Assembly (NCBI GenBank): GCA_964057225.1
Contig: OZ059896.1
Span: 22,072,001-22,136,000 of the forward strand
Direction of reading: 5' to 3'
DNA from: Auanema rhodensis
Lineage: Eukaryota; Animalia; Nematoda
Length of the DNA stretch: 64,000 nt
Notes under the pieces: generated by a model
Databases searched by the model: none
Told to the model about the DNA's origin: nothing
Seen by the model: the letters and a program-made list of their open reading frames with translations, nothing else
Position numbers and translations under genes: made by a program
Shown here: positions 11,584-25,975 of the stretch, piece after piece
How the letters are laid out: the number at the start of each line of letters is the position of its first letter
Position numbering within the stretch: position 1 is the stretch's first letter

Positions 11584-14500
11584 TTTGTATTGAGCGTTTC
11601 TCAATGTAGTATAGTGCATTCGATGCGGATTTTTAAGCTGCGTCGATCTGTGTTATCAGATTTGCGCTAGCTTAAAAATGCACCGAGATATCAACTGATA
11701 TAAGTTCACACTTATATCCTCGATTTTCACCCTGAAGAATTAATTTTTTCGTAGAATAACATTGTCCATCGTCTTTGCCTTAAAAAAAGGAATCTAAAAA
11801 CATCTACTTTTTGCTAAATTATTCTGAAATTTTTTGAAAACATTTTTGTCAAAATGTTTTTGGAAGCAATGTTGATTGTACATGGAAACTCAACATACAC
11901 TAATGCATCATTTTTCAAACGATCATAACTAATTTTTGTATTAAGCGTTTCTCAATGTGGTATAGTGCATTCGATGCGGATTTTTAAGCTGCGTCGATCT
12001 GTGTTATCAGATTTGCGCTAGTTTAAAAATGCACCGAGATATCAACTGATATAAGTTCACACTTATATCCTCGATTTTCACCCTGAAGAATTGATTTTTT
12101 CGTTGAATAACATTGTCCATCGTTTTTGCCTTGAAAAAAGAAATTTAAAAACATCTACTTTTTGCTAAATTATTTTGAAATTTTTCGAAAAAATTTTTGT
12201 CAAAATGTTTTTGGAAGCAATGTTGAGTGTACATGGAAACTCAACATACACTAATGCATCATTTTTCAAACGATCATAACTAATTTTTGTATTAAGCGTT
12301 TCTCAATGTAGTATGGTGCATTCGATGCGGATTTTTAAGCTGCGTCGATCTGTGTTATCAGATTTGCGCTAGCTTAAAAATGCACCGAGATATCAACTGA
12401 TATAAGTTCACACTTATATCCTCGATTTTCACCCTGAAGAATTAATTTTTTCGTAGAATAACATTGTCCATCGTCTTTGCCTTGAAAAAAGGAATCTAAA
12501 AACATCTACTTTTTGCTAAATTATTTTGAAATTTTTCGAAAAAATTTTTGTCAAAATGTTTTTGGAAGCAATGTTGAGTGTACATGGAAACTCAACATAC
12601 ACTAATGCATCATTTTTCAAACGATCATAACTAATTTTTGTATTAAGCGTTTCTCAATGTAGTATAGTGCATTCGATGCGGATTTTTAAGCTGCGTCGAT
12701 CTGTGTTATCAGATTTGCGCTAGCTTAAAAATGCACCGAGATATCAACTGATATAAGTTCACACTTATATCCTCCATTTTCACCCTGAAGAATTAATTTT
12801 TTCGTTGAATAACATTGTCCATCGTTTTTGCCTTGAAAAAAGAAATCTAAAAACATCTACTTTTTGCTAAATTATTTCGAAATTTTTCGGAAAAATTTTT
12901 GTCAAAATGTTTTTGGAAGCAATGTTGATTGTACATGGAAACTCAACATACACTAATGCATCATTTTTCAAACGATCATAACTAATTTTTGTATTAAGCG
13001 TTTCTCAATGTAGTATAGTGCATTCGATGCGGATTTTTAAGCTGCGTCGATCTGTGTTATCAGATTTGCGCTAGCTTAAAAATGCACCGAGATATTAACT
13101 GATATAAGTTCACACTTATATCCTCGATTTTCACCCTGAAGAATTGATTTTTTCGTTGAATAACATTGTCCATCGTTTTTGCCTTGAAAAAAGAAATCTA
13201 AAAACATCTACTTTTTGCTAAATTATTTTGAAATTTTTCGAAAAAATTTTTGTCAAAATGTTTTTGGAAGCAATGTTGAGTGTACATGGAAACTCAACAT
13301 ACACTAATGCATCATTTTTCAAACGATCATAACTAATTTTTGTATTGAGCGTTTCTCAATGTAGTATAGTGCATTCGATGCGGATTTTTAAGCTGCGTCA
13401 ATCTGTGTTATCAGATTTGCGCTAGCTTAAAAATGCACCGAGATATCAACTGATATAAGTTCACACTTATATCCTCGATTTTCACCCTGAAGAATTGATT
13501 TTTTCGTTGAATAACATTGTCCATCGTTTTTGCCTTGAAAAAAGAAATCTAAAAACATCTACTTTTTGCTAAATTATTTTGAAATTTTTCGGAAAAATTT
13601 TTGTCAAAATGTTTTTGGAAGCAATGTTGATTGTACATGGAAACTCAACATACACTAATGCATCATTTTTCAAACGATCATAACTAATTTTTGTATTAAG
13701 CGTTTCTCAATGTAGTATAGTGCATTCGATGCGGATTTTTAAGCTGCGTCGATCTGTGTTATCAGATTTGCGCTAGTTTAAAAATGCACCGAGATATCAA
13801 CTGATATAAGTTCACACTTATATCCTCGATTTTCACCCTGAAGATTTGATTTTTTCGTTGAATAACATTGTCCATCGTTTTTGCCTTGAAAAAAGAAATT
13901 TAAAAACATCTACTTTTTGCTAAATTATTTTGAAATTTTTCGAAAAAATTTTTGTCAAAATGTTTTTGGAAGCAATGTTGAGTGTACATGGAAACTCAAC
14001 ATACACTAATGCATCATTTTTCAAACGATCATAACTAATTTTTGTATTAAGCGTTTCTCAATGTAGTATGGTGCATTCGATGCGGATTTTTAAGCTGCGT
14101 CGATCTGTGTTATCAGATTTGCGCTAGCTTAAAAATGCACCGAGATATCAACTGATATAAGTTCACACTTATATCCTCGATTTTCACCCTGAAGAATTAA
14201 TTTTTTCGTAGAATAACATTGTCCATCGTCTTTGCCTTAAAAAAAGGAATCTAAAAACATCTACTTTTTGCTAAATTATTTTGAAATTTTTCGAAAAAAT
14301 TTTTGTCAAAATGTTTTTGGAAGCAATGTTGAGTGTACATGGAAACTCAACATACACTAATGCATCATTTTTCAAACGATCATAACTAATTTTTGTATTA
14401 AGCGTTTCTCAATGTAGTATAGTGCATTCGATGCGGATTTTTAAGCTGCGTCGATCTGTGTTATCAGATTTGCGCTAGCTTAAAAATGCACCGAGATATC

Positions 14501-17500
14501 AACTGATATAAGTTCACACTTATATCCTCCATTTTCACCCTGAAGAATTAATTTTTTCGTTGAATAACATTGTCCATCGTTTTTGCCTTGAAAAAAGAAA
14601 TCTAAAAACATCTACTTTTTGCTAAATTATTTCGAAATTTTTCGGAAAAATTTTTGTCAAAATGTTTTTGGAAGCAATGTTGATTGTACATGGAAACTCA
14701 ACATACACTAATGCATCATTTTTCAAACGATCATAACTAATTTTTGTATTAAGCGTTTCTCAATGTAGTATAGTGCATTCGATGCGGATTTTTAAGCTGC
14801 GTCGATCTGTGTTATCAGATTTGCGCTAGCTTAAAAATGCACCGAGATATTAACTGATATAAGTTCACACTTATATCCTCGATTTTCACCCTGAAGAATT
14901 GATTTTTTCGTTGAATAACATTGTCCATCGTTTTTGCCTTGAAAAAAGAAATCTAAAAACATCTACTTTTTGCTAAATTATTTTGAAATTTTTCGAAAAA
15001 ATTTTTGTCAAAATGTTTTTGGAAGCAATGTTGAGTGTACATGGAAACTCAACATACACTAATGCATCATTTTTCAAACGATCATAACTAATTTTTGTAT
15101 TGAGCGTTTCTCAATGTAGTATAGTGCATTCGATGCGGATTTTTAAGCTGCGTCAATCTGTGTTATCAGATTTGCGCTAGCTTAAAAATGCACCGAGATA
15201 TCAACTGATATAAGTTCACACTTATATCCTCGATTTTCACCCTGAAGAATTGATTTTTTCGTTGAATAACATTGTCCATCGTTTTTGCCTTGAAAAAAGA
15301 AATCTAAAAACATCTACTTTTTGCTAAATTATTTTGAAATTTTTCGGAAAAATTTTTGTCAAAATGTTTTTGGAAGCAATGTTGATTGTACATGGAAACT
15401 CAACATACACTAATGCATCATTTTTCAAACGATCATAACTAATTTTTGTATTAAGCGTTTCTCAATGTAGTATAGTGCATTCGATGCGGATTTTTAAGCT
15501 GCGTCGATCTGTGTTATCAGATTTGCGCTAGCTTAAAAATGCACCGAGATATTAACTGATATAAGTTCACACTTATATCCTCGATTTTCACCCTGAAGAA
15601 TTAATTTTTTCGTAGAATAACATTGTCCATCGTCTTTGCCTTGAAAAAAGGAATCTAAAAACATCTACTTTTTGCTAAATTATTTTGAAATTTTTCGAAA
15701 AAATTTTTGTCAAAATGTTTTTGGAAGCAATGTTGAGTGTACATGGAAACTCAACATACACTAATGCATCATTTTTCAAACGATCATAACTAATTTTTGT
15801 ATTAAGCGTTTCTCAATGTAGTATAGTGCATTCGATGCGGATTTTTAAGCTGCGTCGATCTGTGTTATCAGATTTGCGCTAGCTTAAAAATGCACCGATA
15901 TATCAACTGATATAAGTTCACACTTATATCCTCGATTTTCACCCTGAAGAATTAATTTTTTCGTAGAATAACATTGTCCATCGTCTTTGCCTTGAAAAAA
16001 GGAATCTAAAAACATCTACTTTTTGCTAAATTATTCTGAAATTTTTCGAAAAAATTTTTGTCAAAATGTTTTTGGAAGCAATGTTGAGTGTACATGGAAA
16101 CTCAACATACACTAATGCATCATTTTTCAAACGATCATAACTAATTTTTGTATTAAGCGTTTCTCAATGTAGTATAGTGCATTCGATGCGGATTTTTAAG
16201 CTGCGTCGATCTGTGTTATCAGATTTGCGCTAGCTTAAAAATGCACCGATATATCAACTGATATAAGTTCACACTTATATCCTCGATTTTCACCCTGAAG
16301 AATTGATTTTTTCGTTGAATAACATTGTCCATCGTTTTTGCCTTGAAAAAAGAAATCTAAAAACATCTACTTTTTGCTAAATTATTTTGAAATTTTTCGA
16401 AAAAATTTTTGTCAAAATGTTTTTGGAAGCAATGTTGAGTGTACATGGAAACTCAACATACACTAATGCATCATTTTTCAAACGATCATAACTAATTTTT
16501 GTATTAAGCGTTTCTCAATGTAGTATAGTGCATTCGATGCGGATTTTTAAGCTGCGTCGATCTGTGTTATCAGATTTGCGCTAGCTTAAAAATGCACCGA
16601 GATATCAACTGATATAAGTTCACACTTATATCCTCGATTTTCACCCTGAAGAATTGATTTTTTCGTTGAATAACATTGTCCATCGTTTTTGCCTTGAAAA
16701 AAGAAATCTAAAAACATATACTTTTTGCTAAATTATTCTGAAATTTTTTGAAAACATTTTTGTCAAAATGTTTTTGGAAGCAATGTTGATTGTACATGGA
16801 AACTCAACATACACTAATGCATCATTTTTCAAACGATCATAACTAATTTTTGTATTAAGCGTTTCTCAATGTAGTATAGTGCATTCGATGCGGATTTTTA
16901 AGCTGCGTCGATCTGTGTTATCAGATTTGCGCTAGCTTAAAAATGCACCGAGATATTAACTGATATAAGTTCACACTTATATCCTCGATTTTCACCCTGA
17001 AGAATTAATTTTTTCGTAGAATAACATTGTCCATCGTCTTTGCCTTGAAAAAAGGAATCTAAATACATCTACTTTTTGCTAAATTATTTTGAAATTTTTT
17101 GAAAAAATTTTTGTCAAAATGTTTTTGGAAGCAATGTTGAGTGTACATGGAAACTCAACATACACTAATGCATCATTTTTCAAACGATCATAACTAATTT
17201 TTGTATTAAGCGTTTCTCAATGTAGTATAGTGCATTCGATGCGGATTTTTAAGCTGCGTCGATCTGTGTTATCAGATTTGCGCTAGCTTAAAAATGCACC
17301 GAGATATCAACTGATATAAGTTCACACTTATATCCTCGATTTTCACCCTGAAAAATTAATTTTTTCGTAGAATAACATTGTCCATCGTCTTTGCCTTGAA
17401 AAAAGGAATCTAAAAACATCTACTTTTTGCTAAATTATTTTGAAATTTTTCGAAAAAATTTTTGTCAAAATGTTTTTGGAAGCAATGTTGAGTGTACATG

Positions 17501-20500
17501 GAAACTCAACATACACTAATGCATCATTTTTCAAACGATCATAACTAATTTTTGTATTAAGCGTTTCTCAATGTAGTATAGTGCATTCGATGCGGATTTG
17601 TAAGCTGCGTCGATCTGTGTTATCAGATTTGCGCTAGCTTAAAAATGCACCGATATATCAACTGATATAAGTTCACACTTATATCCTCGATTTTCACCCT
17701 GAAGAATTGATTTTTTCGTTGAATAACATTGTCCATCGTTTTTGCCTTGAAAAAAGAAATCTAAAAACATCTACTTTTTGCTAAATTATTTTGAAATTTT
17801 TCGAAAAAATTTTTGTCAAAATGTTTTTGGAAGCAATGTTGAGTGTACATGGAAACTCAACATACACTAATGCATCATTTTTCAAACGATCATAACTAAT
17901 TTTTGTATTAAGCGTTTCTCAATGTAGTATAGTGCATTCGATGCGGATTTTTAAGCTGCGTCGATCTGTGTTATCAGATTTGCGCTAGCTTAAAAATGCA
18001 CCGAGATATCAACTGATATAAGTTCACACTTATATCCTCGATTTTCACCCTGAAGAATTAATTTTTTCGTAGAATAACATTGTCCATCGTCTTTGCCTTG
18101 AAAAAAGGAATCTAAAAACATCTACTTTTTGCTAAATTATTTTGAAATTTTTCGAAAAAATTTTTGTCAAAATGTTTTTGGAAGCAATGTTGAGTGTACA
18201 TGGAAACTCAACATACACTAATGCATCATTTTTCAAACGATCATAACTAATTTTTGTATTAAGCGTTTCTCAATGTAGTATAGTGCATTCGATGCGGATT
18301 TTTAAGCTGCGTCGATCTGTGTTATCAGATTTGCGCTAGCTTAAAAATGCACCGATATATCAACTGATATAAGTTCACACTTATATCCTCGATTTTCACC
18401 CTGAAGAATTGATTTTTTCGTTGAATAACATTGTCCATCGTTTTTGCCTTGAAAAAAGAAATCTAAAAACATCTACTTTTTGTTAAATTATTTTGAAATT
18501 TTTCGAAAAAATTTTTGTCAAAATGTTTTTGGAAGCAATGTTGAGTGTACATGGAAACTCAACATACACTAATGCATCATTTTTCAAACGATCATAACTA
18601 ATTTTTGTATTAAGCGTTTCTCAATGTAGTATAGTGCATTCGATGCGGATTTTTAAGCTGCGTCGATCTGTGTTATCAGATTTGCGCTAGCTTAAAAATG
18701 CACCGAGATATTAACTGATATAAGTTCACACTTATATCCTCGATTTTCACCCTGAAGAATTAATTTTTTCGTAGAATAACATTGTCCATCGTCTTTGCCT
18801 TGAAAAAAGGAATCTAAATACATCTACTTTTTGCTAAATTATTTTGAAATTTTTTGAAAAAATTTTTGTCAAAATGTTTTTGGAAGCAATGTTGAGTGTA
18901 CATGGAAACTCAACATACACTAATGCATCATTTTTCAAACGATCATAACTAATTTTTGTATTAAGCGTTTCTCAATGTAGTATAGTGCATTCGATGCGGA
19001 TTTTTAAGCTGCGTCGATCTGTGTTATCAGATTTGCGCTAGCTTAAAAATGCACCGAGATATCAACTGATATAAGTTCACACTTATATCCTCGATTTTCA
19101 CCCTGAAAAATTAATTTTTTCGTAGAATAACATTGTCCATCGTCTTTGCCTTGAAAAAAGGAATCTAAAAACATCTACTTTTTGCTAAATTATTTTGAAA
19201 TTTTTCGAAAAAATTTTTGTCAAAATGTTTTTGGAAGCAATGTTGAGTGTACATGGAAACTCAACATACACTAATGCATCATTTTTCAAACGATCATAAC
19301 TAATTTTTGTATTAAGCGTTTCTCAATGTAGTATAGTGCATTCGATGCGGATTTGTAAGCTGCGTCGATCTGTGTTATCAGATTTGCGCTAGCTTAAAAA
19401 TGCACCGATATATCAACTGATATAAGTTCACACTTATATCCTCGATTTTCACCCTGAAGAATTGATTTTTTCGTTGAATAACATTGTCCATCGTTTTTGC
19501 CTTGAAAAAAGAAATCTAAAAACATCTACTTTTTGCTAAATTATTTTGAAATTTTTCGAAAAAATTTTTGTCAAAATGTTTTTGGAAGCAATGTTGAGTG
19601 TACATGGAAACTCAACATACACTAATGCATCATTTTTCAAACGATCATAACTAATTTTTGTATTAAGCGTTTCTCAATGTAGTATAGTGCATTCGATGCG
19701 GATTTTTAAGCTGCGTCGATCTGTGTTATCAGATTTGCGCTAGCTTAAAAATGCACCGAGATATTAACTGATATAAGTTCACACTTATATCCTCGATTTT
19801 CACCCTGAAGAATTAATTTTTTCGTAGAATAACATTGTCCATCGTTTTTGCCTTGAAAAAAGAAATCTAAAAACATCTACTTTTTGCTAAATTATTTTGA
19901 AATTTTTCGAAAAAATTTTTGTCAAAATGTTTTTGGAAGCAATGTTGAGTGTACATGGAAACTCAACATACACTAATGCATCATTTTTCAAACGATCATA
20001 ACTAATTTTTGTATTAAGCGTTTCTCAATGTAGTATAGTGCATTCGATGCGGATTTTTAAGCTGCGTCGATCTGTGTTATCAGATTTGCGCTAGCTTAAA
20101 AATGCACCGAGATATCAACTGATATAAGTTCACACTTATATCCTCGATTTTCACCCTGAAAAATTAATTTTTTCGTAGAATAACATTGTCCATCGTCTTT
20201 GCCTTGAAAAAAGGAATCTAAAAACATCTACTTTTTGCTAAATTATTTTGAAATTTTTCGAAAAAATTTTTGTCAAAATGTTTTTGGAAGCAATGTTGAG
20301 TGTACATGGAAACTCAACATACACTAATGCATCATTTTTCAAACGATCATAACTAATTTTTGTATTAAGCGTTTCTCAATGTAGTATAGTGCATTCGATG
20401 CGGATTTGTAAGCTGCGTCGATCTGTGTTATCAGATTTGCGCTAGCTTAAAAATGCACCGATATATCAACTGATATAAGTTCACACTTATATCCTCGATT

Positions 20501-23500
20501 TTCACCCTGAAGAATTGATTTTTTCGTTGAATAACATTGTCCATCGTTTTTGCCTTGAAAAAAGAAATCTAAAAACATCTACTTTTTGCTAAATTATTTT
20601 GAAATTTTTCGAAAAAATTTTTGTCAAAATGTTTTTGGAAGCAATGTTGAGTGTACATGGAAACTCAACATACACTAATGCATCATTTTTCAAACGATCA
20701 TAACTAATTTTTGTATTAAGCGTTTCTCAATGTAGTATAGTGCATTCGATGCGGATTTTTAAGCTGCGTCGATCTGTGTTATCAGATTTGCGCTAGCTTA
20801 AAAATGCACCGAGATATCAACTGATATAAGTTCACACTTATATCCTCGATTTTCACCCTGAAGAATTAATTTTTTCGTAGAATAACATTGTCCATCGTCT
20901 TTGCCTTGAAAAAAGGAATCTAAAAACATCTACTTTTTGCTAAATTATTTTGAAATTTTTCGAAAAAATTTTTGTCAAAATGTTTTTGGAAGCAATGTTG
21001 AGTGTACATGGAAACTCAACATACACTAATGCATCATTTTTCAAACGATCATAACTAATTTTTGTATTAAGCGTTTCTCAATGTAGTATAGTGCATTCGA
21101 TGCGGATTTTTAAGCTGCGTCGATCTGTGTTATCAGATTTGCGCTAGCTTAAAAATGCACCGATATATCAACTGATATAAGTTCACACTTATATCCTCGA
21201 TTTTCACCCTGAAGAATTGATTTTTTCGTTGAATAACATTGTCCATCGTTTTTGCCTTGAAAAAAGAAATCTAAAAACATCTACTTTTTGTTAAATTATT
21301 TTGAAATTTTTCGAAAAAATTTTTGTCAAAATGTTTTTGGAAGCAATGTTGAGTGTACATGGAAACTCAACATACACTAATGCATCATTTTTCAAACGAT
21401 CATAACTAATTTTTGTATTAAGCGTTTCTCAATGTAGTATAGTGCATTCGATGCGGATTTTTAAGCTGCGTCGATCTGTGTTATCAGATTTGCGCTAGCT
21501 TAAAAATGCACCGAGATATCAACTGATATAAGTTCACACTTATATCCTCGATTTTCACCCTGAAGAATTGATTTTTTCGTTGAATAACATTGTCCATCGT
21601 TTTTGCCTTGAAAAAAGAAATCTAAAAACATCTACTTTTTGCTAAATTATTTTGAAATTTTTCGGAAAAATTTTTGTCAAAATGTTTTTGGAAGCAATGT
21701 TGATTGTACATGGAAACTCAACATACACTAATGCATCATTTTTCAAACGATCATAACTAATTTTTGTATTAAGCGTTTCTCAATGTAGTATAGTGCATTC
21801 GATGCGGATTTTTAAGCTGCGTCGATCTGTGTTATCAGATTTGCGCTAGCTTAAAAATGCACCGAGATATTAACTGATATAAGTTCACACTTATATCCTC
21901 GATTTTCACCCTGAAGAATTAATTTTTTCGTAGAATAACATTGTCCATCGTCTTTGCCTTGAAAAAAGGAATCTAAAAACATCTACTTTTTGCTAAATTA
22001 TTTTGAAATTTTTCGAAAAAATTTTTGTCAAAATGTTTTTGGAAGCAATGTTGAGTGTACATGGAAACTCAACATACACTAATGCATCATTTTTCAAACG
22101 ATCATAACTAATTTTTGTATTAAGCGTTTCTCAATGTAGTATAGTGCATTCGATGCGGATTTTTAAGCTGCGTCGATCTGTGTTATCAGATTTGCGCTAG
22201 CTTAAAAATGCACCGAGATATCAACTGATATAAGTTCACACTTATATCCTCGATTTTCACCCTGAAAAATTAATTTTTTCGTAGAATAACATTGTCCATC
22301 GTCTTTGCCTTGAAAAAAGGAATCTAAAAACATCTACTTTTTGCTAAATTATTTTGAAATTTTTCGAAAAAATTTTTGTCAAAATGTTTTTGGAAGCAAT
22401 GTTGAGGTGTACATGGAAACTCAACATACACTAATGCATCATTTTTCAAACGATCATAACTAATTTTTGTATTAAGCGTTTCTCAATGTAGTATAGTGCA
22501 TTCGATGCGGATTTTTAAGCTGCGTCGATCTGTGTTATCAGATTTGCGCTAGCTTAAAAATGCACCGATATATCAACTGATATAAGTTCACACTTATATC
22601 CTCGATTTTCACCCTGAAAAATTAATTTTTTCGTAGAATAACATTGTCCATCGTCTTTGCCTTGAAAAAAGGAATCTAAAAACATCTACTTTTTGCTAAA
22701 TTATTTTGAAATTTTTCGAAAAAATTTTTGTCAAAATGTTTTTGGAAGCAATGTTGAGTGTACATGGAAACTCAACATACACTAATGCATCATTTTTCAA
22801 ACGATCATAACTAATTTTTGTATTAAGCGTTTCTCAATGTAGTATAGTGCATTCGATGCGAATTTTTAAGCTGCGTCGATCTGTGTTATCAGATTTGCGC
22901 TAGCTTAAAAATGCACCGAGATATCAACTGATATAAGTTCACACTTATATCCTCGATTTTCACCCTGAAGAATTAATTTTTTCGTAGAATAACATTGTCC
23001 ATCGTCTCTGCCTTGAAAAAAGGAATCTAAAAACATCTACTTTTTGCTAAATTATTTTGAAATTTTTCGAAAAAATTTTTGTCAAAATGTTTTTGGAAGC
23101 AATGTTGAGTGTACATGGAAACTCAACATACACTAATGCATCATTTTTCAAACGATCATAACTAATTTTTGTATTAAGCGTTTCTCAATGTAGTATAGTG
23201 CATTCGATGCGGATTTTTAAGCTGCGTCGATCTGTGTTATCAGATTTGCGCTAGCTTAAAAATGCACCGAGATATCAACTGATATAAGTTCACACTTATA
23301 TCCTCGATTTTCACCCTGAAGAATTAATTTTTTCGTAGAATAACATTGTCCATCGTCTCTGCCTTGAAAAAAGGAATCTAAAAACATCTACTTTTTGCTA
23401 AATTATTTTGAAATTTTTCGAAAAAATTTTTGTCAAAATGTTTTTGGAAGCAATGTTGAGTGTACATGGAAACTCAACATACACTAATGCATCATTTTTC

Positions 23501-24220
23501 AAACGATCATAACTAATTTTTGTATTAAGCGTTTCTCAATGTAGTATAGTGCATTCGATGCGGATTTTTAAGCTGCGTCGATCTGTGTTATCAGATTTGC
23601 GCTAGCTTAAAAATGCACCGATATATCAACTGATATAAGTTCACACTTATATCCTCGATTTTCACCCTGAAGAATTGATTTTTTCGTTGAATAACATTGT
23701 CCATCGTTTTTGCCTTGAAAAAAGAAATCTAAAAACATCTACTTTTTGCTAAATTATTTTGAAATTTTTCGAAAAAATTGTTGTCAAAATGTTTTTGGAA
23801 GCAATGTTGAGTGTACATGGAAACTCAACATACACTAATGCATCATTTTTCAAACGATCATAACTAATTTTTGTATTAAGCGTTTCTCAATGTAGTATAG
23901 TGCATTCGATGCGGATTTTTAAGCTGCGTCGATCTGTGTTATCAGATTTGCGCTAGCTTAAAAATGCACCGAGATATCAACTGATATAAGTTCACACTTA
24001 TATCCTCGATTTTCACCCTGAAGAATTAATTTTTTCGTAGAATAACATTGTCCATCGTCTCTGCCTTGAAAAAAGGAATCTAAAAACATCTACTTTTTGC
24101 TAAATTATTTTGAAATTTTTCGAAAAAATTTTTGTCAAAATGTTTTTGGAAGCAATGTTGAGTGTACATGGAAACTCAACATACACTAATGCATCATTTT
24201 CCAAACGATCATAACTAATT
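11584..24220. repeat. Large block, copy 1 (M34-M69)
   Basis: Ordered rare variants: 9G; 25G/88T/211T; 139C; 109T; 216T; 154A; 50G; 231T; +G insertion; 192C; 192C+332C. Confidence 0.85.
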
Positions 24221-25975
24221 TTTGTATTAAGCGTTTCTCAATGTAGTATAGTGCATTCGATGCGGATTTTTAAGCTGCGTCGATCTGTGTTATCAGATTT
24301 GCGCTAGCTTAAAAATGCACCGATATATCAACTGATATAAGTTCACACTTATATCCTCGATTTTCACCCTGAAGAATTGATTTTTTCGTTGAATAACATT
24401 GTCCATCGTTTTTGCCTTGAAAAAAGAAATCTAAAAACATCTACTTTTTGCTAAATTATTTTGAAATTTTTCGAAAAAATTTTTGTCAAAATGTTTTTGG
24501 AAGCAATGTTGAGTGTACATGGAAACTCAACATACACTAATGCATCATTTTTCAAACGATCATAACTAATTTTTGTATTAAGCGTTTCTCAATGTAGTAT
24601 AGTGCATTCGATGCGGATTTTTAAGCTGCGTCGATCTGTGTTATCAGATTTGCGCTAGCTTAAAAATGCACTGAGATATCAACTGATATAAGTTCACACT
24701 TATATCCTCGATTTTCACCCTGAAGAATTAATTTTTTCGTAGAATAACATTGTCCATCGTCTTTGCCTTAAAAAAAGGAATCTAAAAACATCTACTTTTT
24801 GCTAAATTATTTTGAAAGTTTTCGAAAAAATTTTTGTCAAAATGTTTTTGGAAGCAATGTTGATTGTACATGGAAACTCAACATACACTAATGCATCATT
24901 TTTCAAACGATCATAACTAATTTTTGTATTAAGCGTTTCTCAATGTAGTATAGTGCATTCGATGCGGATTTTTAAGCTGCGTCGATCTGTGTTATCAGAT
25001 TTGCGCTAGCTTAAAAATGCACCGAGATATCAACTGATATAAGTTCACACTTATATCATCGATTTTCACCCTGAAGAATTAATTTTTTCGTAGAATAACA
25101 TTGTCCATCGTCTTTGCCTTAAAAAAAGGAATCTAAAAACATCTACTTTTTGCTAAATTATTTTGAAAGTTTTCGAAAAAATTTTTGTCAAAATGTTTTT
25201 GGAAGCAATGTTGATTGTACATGGAAACTCAACATACACTAATGCATCATTTTTCAAACGATCATAACTAATTTTTGTATTAAGCGTTTCTCAATGTAGT
25301 ATAGTGCATTCGATGCGGATTTTTAAGCTGCGTCGATCTGTGTTATCAGATTTGCGCTAGCTTAAAAATGCACTGAGATATCAACTGATATAAGTTCACA
25401 CTTATATCCTCGATTTTCACCCTGAAGAATTAATTTTTTCGTAGAATAACATTGTCCATCGTCTTTGCCTTAAAAAAAGGAATCTAAAAACATCTACTTT
25501 TTGCTAAATTATTTTGAAATTTTTTGAAAACATTTTTGTCAAAATGTTTTTGGAAGCAATGTTGATTGTACATGGAAACTCAACATACACTAATGCATCA
25601 TTTTTCAAACGATCATAACTAATTTTTGTATTAAGCGTTTCTCAATGTAGTATAGTGCATTCGATGCGGATTTTTAAGCTGCGTCGATCTGTGTTATCAG
25701 ATTTGCGCTAGCTTAAAAATGCACCGAGATATCAACTGATATAAGTTCACACTTATATCATCGATTTTCACCCTGAAGAATTAATTTTTTCGTTGAATAA
25801 CATTGTCCATCGTCTTTGCCTTAAAAAAAGGAATCTAAAAACATCTACTTTTTGCTAAATTATTTTGAAAGTTTTCGAAAAAATTTTTGTCAAAATGTTT
25901 TTGGAAGCAATGTTGATTGTACATGGAAACTCAACATACACTAATGCATCATTTTTCAAACGATCATAACTAATT

